DNA of 64,000 nucleotides from Promethearchaeota archaeon (GCA_014728035.1 WJMJ01000131.1:1-64000), one strand, 5' to 3'. Numbered from the stretch's first letter, positions 1 to 7,282 are shown. The notes: generated from the sequence alone by a model not told the origin. Program-made: numbers and translations.

Positions 1-110
1 AAACATACTGTCCAAACCGTCGATTGTAAAACACAGCCACATAACTCAAGAGGTTTCTCAATCGACATCTTGTGGAATGTTTTGCGTAATCTCGGTAAGA
101 GAGAAACATG

Positions 111-232
111 GAAAGAAAAGGAGTGCGAAAAGCGGTTAACGTTCTTCGGTTTGTTAATGTTAAACTAATGAGCGTAGATACAGCGGTGTATAACCACGGG
201 TCCTGTTTCCTCAAATTCCTTGTTACCAAGAT
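111..232 (-). repeat. Diverged direct-repeat copy of the actin 3' end, 3' UTR and terminator (relic/att-like)
   Basis: 158-221 matches 972-1035 at 54/64 nt and translates on the - strand as KEFEETGPVVIHRCI versus actin [15 protein letters not shown]. 111-147 (aaagaaaaggag..gaaaagcg-gttaa-cgttcttc) matches the actin terminator at 930-965. Confidence 0.9.
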
Positions 233-295
233 ACTCTCCTGAATCTCAAGAGAGATATAAGGAAATGCACATACTAATGAGTGAGGCCAATCTTC

Positions 296-526
296 ATGGG
301 AAATAGACTGATCGTTACAGACCCAGAGGTCATGATGGGAAAACCAGTGATTACCGGAACACGAATCACAGTTGAGATGATCTTGGACAAATTGGCAGCA
401 GGAGAAACCATCGACCAGATTCTAGAGGATTATCCTCAGTTGACCCGTGAATCGATTCTCGCAGCACTGTCCTTCGCGGCTGATGCCATGAAGACAATCA
501 CTGCATATCCGACTGAGGCGTCCTAG
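296..526 (+). CDS. DUF433 family putative antitoxin
   Basis: IVTDPEVMMGKPVITGTRITVEMILDKLAAGETIDQILEDYPQLT matches the DUF433 signature. An alternative GTG start lies at 281. Confidence 0.9.
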   Translation: MGNRLIVTDPEVMMGKPVITGTRITVEMILDKLAAGETIDQILEDYPQLTRESILAALSFAADAMKTITAYPTEAS

Positions 527-528
527 AG

Positions 529-885
529 TTGTGAATACTTGCGGACGAATGTATCGAGCAGAGTATAGTACAGAGTCTCAGAGAAAATGGTTTCAAAGTA
601 GATTACATCCTTGAATCCGCACCAGGATCTACAGACTCGACTGTACTCTCAATGGCCGAGTCTTCCCGCTCTATCTTGATGACTGCAGACAAGGACTTCG
701 GTGAATTGGTGTATCGTCAAGGGAAAGCTCATCATGGAATAATCCTGGTTAGACTGCATGGAGTTCCTAGAGAAAACAAAGTAGCAATACTAACTACAGT
801 GTTGAAAGAGCACGAAGGTAAGTTGGTAGGAGCTTTCACTGTTGTTGAACCAAATCAGGTCAGAATCAGTAGACCATCTGCATGA
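529..885 (+). pseudogene. DUF5615 PIN-like toxin with disrupted start (TTG-TGA-ATA-CTT-GCG-GAC-GAA)
   Basis: The frame of ORF 652-885 extends upstream as ILADECIEQSIVQSLRENGFKV..., the typical DUF5615 N-terminus, and continues to ILMTADKDFGELVY...HHGIILVRL. There is an in-frame TGA at 532-534. Confidence 0.7.
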
Positions 886-929
886 TAACATAGAGTTCAC
901 GGGATATCTTACACTCTAAGCGAGTTGAG

Positions 930-965
930 AAAAGAAAAGGAGAAGAAGAGCGGAAGTCGCTCTTC
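930..965 (-). terminator. Hairpin plus pyrimidine/U tract terminator of actin
   Basis: GAAGAGCG-5nt-CGCTCTTC stem (945-965) followed on the - strand by TTCTCCTTTTCTTTT. Confidence 0.7.
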
Positions 966-987
966 ACGTTGTGTTAAACTAATGCGC

Positions 988-2157
988 TTAGATACACCGG
1001 TGTATTACTTCCGGTCCTGCTTCCTCGAATTCTTTCCTTGAGACCCACATTTACCAGGCTGCAACAGGAATTGCTGCAACATTCTGGAAGGTCTTCAAGG
1101 ACGCAAGAATTGAGCCACCGATCCAGACGGAGTATTGGCGCTCAGGAGGAGCAATGATACGGACCTCGATGTTCTCTGGGACGAGTTCGGAAATCTCTTT
1201 GTGGAGACGTTCCTTGAGTCCTGGGAACATGGTGGAACCGCCGGAGAGTACGATGTTAGCGTACAGGTCACGTCGCAAGTCAACGTCACAAGACTTGATA
1301 GCCTCGACAATGTGTTCGTCAAGAGGAATGGAGTCAAGTCCGATAGCGCTTGGGTTAAAGAACAGTTCAGGGGCCTGGAATCGCTCAGCACCTACAGTGA
1401 TAACCTCACCGTCGGGGAGCATGTATGGTTTATCCACACCAGCTTTGTCAGCAACGGAGCGTTCACGCTCGGGGTCAAGGGCAATGTAACATAATTTCTC
1501 CTTGATATCTCTGACAATTTCTTTCTCAGCACCGCTTACGAATGCATAACCTCTCTGACGGAGAAGTCTGCGCAAGTATTCGGTGATGTCTCGACCAGCC
1601 AAGTCAATACGTTTGATTGCGTGGTTGATTGAGAAACCTTCGTATACAGGAACGATGTGAGTAACACCGTCACCAGAGTCGATAACCAGACCAGTGGTTC
1701 TTCCGGACGCGTAGAGTGACAGAACAGCCTGTGTAGCCACATAGACTGCAGGGACGCCAAAGCTGTCAAACATGACAGAGGCCATACGTTCTCTGTTCTC
1801 TCGTGGGTTGAAAGGAGCTTCAGTCAGAAGGACTGGATTCTCACTAGGGTCAACTTTGAGGTCATTATAGAACGTGTATGACCAGATTTTTTCAATTGCA
1901 TCCCAGTCATCAACGACACCGTGTGTAATAGGATAGACTAGTCGAAGAACACCACGGAGGTTAATTGCCTCCTCACCAATGTAATAGTCACGTGTGTAGT
2001 GATCGACGTCAGTCATAATAGACTCATAACGTGGATAACCAATGAGTGTTGGCCATACACTGCGTGGTTGGTCCTCGCCTGCATATCCGTTTTTGCTCAA
2101 ACCAGTGCCATTATCAATGACAACGGGTTTGGCACCAAGAAATTCATCTTCAGCCAT
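988..2157 (-). CDS. Asgard actin (lokiactin-type); exon 1 2157-1082, exon 2 1051-988; 379 aa if spliced
   Basis: Motifs [58 protein letters not shown] and [13 protein letters not shown]. The conserved C-terminus [20 protein letters not shown] lies in frame after the TAA at 1051-1053. Confidence 0.95.
1052..1081 (-). other. Putative 30-nt bulge-helix-bulge (tRNA-endonuclease-type) pre-mRNA intron
   Basis: RNA reads CCAG-AA^U-GUUGCAGCA-AUUCC-UGUUGCAGC-CUGG-UA^A: a 4-bp central helix, two 3-nt bulges and a 9-bp intron stem, plus exon-exon pairing. Excision gives TTC CAG AAA ATG TGG (FQKMW). Confidence 0.85.
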
Positions 2158-2230
2158 TTTATTTCGGTCCTCGCTTTGTGCAAGTCACAGAATCTAGATT
2201 CTTAACGAGAAGTCTCTGTGTTACTTAACG

Positions 2231-2250
2231 ATACGCTTGAGCGTATTTAA
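2231..2250 (-). promoter_or_regulatory. Actin TATA-like box (TTAAATA) overlapping a 7-2-7 palindrome
   Basis: ATACGCT-TG-AGCGTAT at 2231-2246, with TTAAATA on the - strand at 2250-2244, about 90 nt upstream of the actin ATG. Confidence 0.5.
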
Positions 2251-2500
2251 GCCTTGTCTGGATTGGTTCGAAAAATCGACGTTTTTCATTAGATATATAT
2301 GATATATATGTATGTATTGTTTTTAATTACGCATCACAGAACCGCCGTAGAAGGCTAAGAAATACGAAATAGTATTACGAAATCAGGTATTCGAAAACCC
2401 CCAGTAACATATATATTGTTATTATATGTATCTATGGAATGAATTCCTTCACGGAGGATCACTCCAAAGAACCCACAGAATCCGTTAGGAGCACCATACG

Positions 2501-3295
2501 ATGATTTGGAAACCAGCCGACCAACTAGTACGAGAGGAAGTAGAGTCAGTACGAGCAAGAAGAGTCATTCTTGACCAACTAGAGAGTGGTTCCAAGACTG
2601 GGAACGAATTAAGAGAGGCAATTAGAAAAGATATGATGGCACTAGCTGTAAAATCCGGAGTGAGAAAACCGGATCCGGCAGATTATGTAGTAACAGACCC
2701 AAAATTGTATTTTAACACAAAACACCTAGAGAATATAGGTCTGATTCAGAGTCAGAAAGTGTCCAAGCAAAGAGTTTTCCAACTTACACCCCCAGCAATT
2801 CAGCCTGTGCGAAGAGTACTTGAAATCACAAGGAAAAATATTCTGATTACTTCACTTGTAGAACCTGCTGACGCACGACCACTTATCGGATGGTATTGCA
2901 AGGAGAGAAGGTTTTCATTCAAGCAGCTTCATGTGGTGGTTGAGATGGAGAGGTTTCAACGAGGGGTTTCAAAGAATTTAGAGAGATATATTCCTGATGG
3001 AAGCATAAGGAAAATACGTGATCAATGGCATGAGCTCCCTCTCGAGATTGCAGGAGAATTTGGCGGAGGGAAACAAGGAGATCTTCGTTTAACATATAAC
3101 GCATTAGAAGCAATAATCTTTCAAGATATCAGAGAGTATAATATCATTCTTGATGGTTCATTAGGTCCACCAGTAATCAGCATGGCAATGATGTTGCTAT
3201 CGTCACATTACTCATTAGACATGATATATGTCAGAGAATATGCGGGGAAGGATTCCGATATTCAGAGGGTAACAGCTTTGGAGGTGGTAGATTGA
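2501..3295 (+). CDS. Winged-HTH protein with C-terminal CARF-like domain
   Basis: N-terminal ArsR/PadR-like wHTH (RRVILDQL...KLYFNTKHLENIGLI...RVFQLT). The C-terminal IILDGSLGPPVISMAMMLLSSHYSLDMIYV resembles the CARF motif D-x-T/S-x-G...YV. Confidence 0.55.
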   Translation: MIWKPADQLVREEVESVRARRVILDQLESGSKTGNELREAIRKDMMALAVKSGVRKPDPADYVVTDPKLYFNTKHLENIGLIQSQKVSKQRVFQLTPPAIQPVRRVLEITRKNILITSLVEPADARPLIGWYCKERRFSFKQLHVVVEMERFQRGVSKNLERYIPDGSIRKIRDQWHELPLEIAGEFGGGKQGDLRLTYNALEAIIFQDIREYNIILDGSLGPPVISMAMMLLSSHYSLDMIYVREYAGKDSDIQRVTALEVVD

Positions 3296-3967
3296 ATATC
3301 GAAAAGAAGTTGTCTTGGAAAAAGATTGATCTGATGAATAGGTTACACAAGTTAGAAAAAACGATTCAAGACGACCTGAAAAGAACACCACCACAAAATA
3401 CTAGGACAATACAAAAATTTGCTAGATGGCTTGAGCAACTGCAATATATCTTTTCAAAGATTCAGAGTATCAATACCCAAGTCATACCAAAAGTGGAGAA
3501 AGCTTTAGGAATAAAATTGAAAGATAAAGAGCAAGTGGTTATTGCACTCTTTCAGCCAAGTACAAGGAATCTGTTTTTGGAAACTAAGACCCATTTTTAT
3601 GGAGAGGATATATTTTCGACGAATTTCTTCGATATTCTATCAACACTAAGCGATAGAGCTGAGCTGTTGGCTTTAATTGGAGATGCTGCAATTTCACTCA
3701 GCGTTATCCACTATATTTGGCCTCCAGCAGAGATTAGCGCAGGTTCACTCACATTACAAAGAGCTGATATTGTTAGTAATGAACACATGAGTGAGATTTG
3801 TGACAAATGGGAATTATACGAACATAGAATTCACTTTGATCCAGGAGAGCCTTCGCAAACGGAGATGAATCATGATAAAGGCACATTGCTGGAAGCAATC
3901 TATGGCATAATCTATCTGAATTACGGATACGATAAGACTAGAGAGTTAGTCAAGCATATTCTATGAT
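3292..3967 (+). CDS. RNase III-domain protein, Mini-III (MrnC)-like, no dsRBD (ORF track 3292-3966)
   Basis: LLALIGDAAISL, RADIVSNEHMSEI and KGTLLEAIYGIIYL motifs. Overlaps the upstream gene by 4 nt. Confidence 0.75.
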
Positions 3968-3969
3968 AA

Positions 3970-5535
3970 TTAGGTCTCGGTCATGTCATATTCATCCTGT
4001 CGATATCGAGCCTTTCTTTTCAAAGGATACATTTTGTTGAATCGGTCCCGAATCTCTCCAGCAATTTCAGGATCCGAATATACTCTCACCGAGGGTATTG
4101 TGCGTTTCTGTTGACGGAGAGCATGAATTATCGGTTTGCCTTCCTGAGCCTTTTTCAGGCGGACAATCTCAATTCCGCTCTTCTCGCCCCCAACCAAGAG
4201 AGGGATACGTCCAAGACTCTTCTCACCCAATTCTGGGTTTACCACATCGATAATTACCTTACCGATATCGTCCCCTAGTTCAACCTCATTATCAATGAGA
4301 GTTTCGATATCAGATAACATCTTCATAAAGAGATTACGCGTATCATCCTCAAAGGACAAAAGTGGACGGGATAGAACTACTTTGAAGAGTCGTCTATAAC
4401 GTATCCGAGCAGCATACTCGCGAATAAAATCGGTTTCCGATTCTTTTAGCCAAGCGTAGAGATCGGAGTCAGTCATTCGTGTAAAAAGACCGATACACTC
4501 ATTCTTTGTCAGCTCTTCCTCTTTCATTCGAAAATAGGTAGCCTTGGACACAAGAGATTCTGCAACACGTACTGCGTGGTGAAGGTATAGACTTGCAAAC
4601 ATCCAATTCCGGCTTAGGGTCAGTGCTTCTAGAGAATGTAATGCCTTGAGCATAAATGCACGATGATATTTTCCTCGGCCGTCACGTACAACTCGGTTTG
4701 TTAGCAACACCCGTTCTGCTGGAAACACACCTAATTGTACACCACTAAAATGAGCATCACGAATGAGATAATCTGTCTTGTCAATATCAAGAGGACTATC
4801 AATGAAATCAGAAAGTAGCATCAGAACTGGATCCTTTGACCTGCGTTTAAGCACATCAACTACTGTTTTTGGCTCAATATCATGACGTTCAAGGATTTCA
4901 GTGACACCACTATTTAGAATCAAGAAAGCTCCGAGATCGGTATGATCAAGACCAGACCAGCTTTCCAATGCAAATTCAATCGTATGAGATGTGGGCGGGT
5001 GACCTACATCATGAAGTAAAGCCGCTGCACGAAACACTTTCTGCTGGTAATCATCCAACAATTGAGAAAGAGGGCTGAAGCACACATTGTCAAGGTCATC
5101 ACAATAATTCACTACACGGACACATTTCTGAGCAAGAAAATTAGTTCCAAGACAATGCTGAAATCTTGTATGTGTAGCTCCAGGGTAGACTATATGTGCG
5201 GGTCCAAGTTGTTTTACAAATCGCAGTCTCAAAATCTCCCACCCGGAAACCAAATCTAGCTCCCACGGATCAAAAATAATAGCACCATGAACGGGATCTT
5301 GAATTGCTTTCTGTCTAGAATGGGCCTCGGTCTTTGAAAGTAATTTCGAGTGGTCAGATTGAATTCGTTGGATTTGTTTCCAAATTTTATCTTTCTTTTT
5401 CCGTGCATCAACTAGTTCTGATTCACGCATGCCAGTGACACGAACTAATTTCACAGTTTCAACATCAACTGGTTGGTCAGCAACAAACCCATGTGACGTT
5501 GTACTCTTTTCGCGCCCGGATTGTTTCTTGGGCAT
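3970..5535 (-). CDS. HD-domain phosphohydrolase (SAMHD1/dNTPase-like family)
   Basis: IQDPVHG, LRFVKQLG...VYPGATHTRFQHCLG, AALLHDVGHPPTSH and LDIDKTDYLIRD. The ORF is open to 5628; MPKKQ is the likely start. Confidence 0.9.
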   Translation of the reverse strand: MPKKQSGREKSTTSHGFVADQPVDVETVKLVRVTGMRESELVDARKKKDKIWKQIQRIQSDHSKLLSKTEAHSRQKAIQDPVHGAIIFDPWELDLVSGWEILRLRFVKQLGPAHIVYPGATHTRFQHCLGTNFLAQKCVRVVNYCDDLDNVCFSPLSQLLDDYQQKVFRAAALLHDVGHPPTSHTIEFALESWSGLDHTDLGAFLILNSGVTEILERHDIEPKTVVDVLKRRSKDPVLMLLSDFIDSPLDIDKTDYLIRDAHFSGVQLGVFPAERVLLTNRVVRDGRGKYHRAFMLKALHSLEALTLSRNWMFASLYLHHAVRVAESLVSKATYFRMKEEELTKNECIGLFTRMTDSDLYAWLKESETDFIREYAARIRYRRLFKVVLSRPLLSFEDDTRNLFMKMLSDIETLIDNEVELGDDIGKVIIDVVNPELGEKSLGRIPLLVGGEKSGIEIVRLKKAQEGKPIIHALRQQKRTIPSVRVYSDPEIAGEIRDRFNKMYPLKRKARYRQDEYDMTET

Positions 5536-5587
5536 AGAACATACTCCCGATGATGGATAAAAGAATAGTAGTATATAAGACAGCCCG

Positions 5588-6130
5588 TTATTCGATTTGG
5601 AGAGGTTGATGTTGCTTGATTCTCCCACGGGATGTAGAGTAACTCAAAGGATTTCGTGTAATCATTGACTGGCAATAACGGTCGGATTGACAGAGACCCC
5701 ATTCTTGTAACCAGCTACAATTCGGAGTGCCTTTTGATTTGTAAAAGGGAGGTTCAAGTAAATGAACTCGAACGAGAAAATCCACTACAACTCGGATTTG
5801 CTTTCGGACGTATGCGATTCTAATACAGGGAGGTGCTCTTCGTAATACCGACCATCGAATCATCTTAAAGAGGTCATACCACAATAGACATTCTTTTTCC
5901 TTGTAAAGGAAATCACAAGAAACACAAGCTTGTTCGTGTTGTGAAAGATTGCAAAATTGAAGCCTTGATTCTTCTACAAGACCAACATCGCGTAGCAGAT
6001 GAAAATTGATTTCAACAAACCAATCGGGATTGAAAGAGCCAAATTCTGTAATGAAATCATGAAGTTCTTCTGCTACAAACGAGGAGTCTTCAAGCCAGTA
6101 TTTGGAAGATAATTCGGACGAGTTTGACAA
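5588..6130 (-). CDS. Cys-rich protein resembling the primase large subunit (PriL) C-terminal Fe-S domain
   Basis: APPCIR ... TPNCSWLQEWGLCQSDRYCQSMITRNPLSY follows the PriL-CTD pattern PPC...PxC-x2-L-x3-GLC-x5-C...NPL-x-Y. Confidence 0.5.
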   Translation of the reverse strand: MSNSSELSSKYWLEDSSFVAEELHDFITEFGSFNPDWFVEINFHLLRDVGLVEESRLQFCNLSQHEQACVSCDFLYKEKECLLWYDLFKMIRWSVLRRAPPCIRIAYVRKQIRVVVDFLVRVHLLEPPFYKSKGTPNCSWLQEWGLCQSDRYCQSMITRNPLSYSTSRGRIKQHQPLQIE

Positions 6131-6274
6131 AGCAGTTCATTATTCTATTAAATAGTTCAACTATTAAGCTCATCACAAAGTGAGATACAGCAGTGTAACC
6201 ACTGCAATAACTCTTAAATTACTCATAGTGGAATTGGTATTTCAATGCCTTTTGTCCTATGAGGCCCGACTCCC

Positions 6275-7282
6275 ATGATTGATCTCGTAAAGACTTCAGA
6301 AGTAATGTTCAGGGAAGCAATCACATCAATAGAGCTTACTGATTTAACACGAGATGGAAAGCAAGAGTTGGTAATAACCACAATGAATGGAGATCTTAGA
6401 GTCTTTCATTTAGGTTCAGGAACCCAGGAAGAAGTTTCTGAGGTTTGTAAGACAGGGGGGCTTCCACCAGTTGCAGCAGTAGGTTTTGGAGATATATTAG
6501 ATAATGAAATAGACGAACTTGTAGTAGGTACACTTGATAATATGCTCCAAGTGATTGTATTTGATGGAAAGGAGTTATCTAGCAAAGCAAGCACACCCTT
6601 GGGAACATTGCCCACGGCAATATGTGTGACAAATGTAATGGGAGAAAAAGGAGCTGAAGTAATCGTATCCACTAATGACAAAGCACTTCGTTGTTACGGA
6701 TGGTTTTACTCATGTCTTGATAAACTCGCTCACAAGGTGGTTGAAAGACCAACTTTTTCAATGGCACCTCTTAGAAGTAAAGGACTGCCATATAGCAGAT
6801 TTGTCTTCGGGGATGAAGTGGGTTATCTGTATGTATATCAATATGCAGATGATAGATTACATGAGATTGCGAAAAGAAAAGTGGGTGGAGAAATCATGAG
6901 AGTTGCAACTGGAAATATCAATGCTGATCGTAATTACGAGATAGCAACCGTATCAGATGGAAATATCCTAACCCTCTTTGGAATTGGTAAGAACGAGCTT
7001 GAAGCAATAGCCAAGTACAAAACAAATTCGCCAATCACATCTTTACGGTTTAGTCATTTGTACGGAGAACCGGAAGATACCCAATTAGTTCTAAGCCTTG
7101 GCGACTCAACTATCCATGTATTAGAATTGAACGAGTCTGGATTCACTGCAAAAGGCAAAATACGGACCATGAAAAAGTCAATTGAATCAATGATAGCAGT
7201 AGGAGATATCAATGGAGATGGAAACAGGGAGATTGTCCAAGCAGTAGGGAACAATCTCTCCATTATTCGTCCAAAATTTTGA
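6275..7282 (+). CDS. FG-GAP/VCBS-like beta-propeller protein, cytoplasmic
   Basis: Repeated DLTRDGKQELVI, GDILDNEIDELVVG, GNINADRNYEIA and GDINGDGNREIV motifs; no signal peptide. Confidence 0.75.
   Translation: MIDLVKTSEVMFREAITSIELTDLTRDGKQELVITTMNGDLRVFHLGSGTQEEVSEVCKTGGLPPVAAVGFGDILDNEIDELVVGTLDNMLQVIVFDGKELSSKASTPLGTLPTAICVTNVMGEKGAEVIVSTNDKALRCYGWFYSCLDKLAHKVVERPTFSMAPLRSKGLPYSRFVFGDEVGYLYVYQYADDRLHEIAKRKVGGEIMRVATGNINADRNYEIATVSDGNILTLFGIGKNELEAIAKYKTNSPITSLRFSHLYGEPEDTQLVLSLGDSTIHVLELNESGFTAKGKIRTMKKSIESMIAVGDINGDGNREIVQAVGNNLSIIRPKF

Noticed and set aside
532-534. TGA as selenocysteine in the DUF5615 gene
   Set aside because: This is not a Cys-homologous position and no SECIS-like element is recognisable.
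1051-1053. Actin as a simple nonsense pseudogene, or stop-codon readthrough/selenocysteine
   Set aside because: The stop is TAA, not TGA. Readthrough would leave a 10-residue insert in a length-invariant motif. The rest of the gene is intact, and the insert forms a precise BHB whose excision restores the frame and the motif.
1095-2205. Overlapping ORFs on and opposite the actin gene (1095-1391, 1135-1494, 1154-1489, 1536-1769, 1999-2205)
   Set aside because: Shadow frames of a codon-biased gene with no recognisable motifs. The same applies to the many short antisense ORFs elsewhere in the track.
2355-2400. Possible CRISPR or iteron array (TACGAAAT repeats)
   Set aside because: The repeats are only 7-8 nt, few, and lack spacers of CRISPR length. 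No cas genes are in the window.
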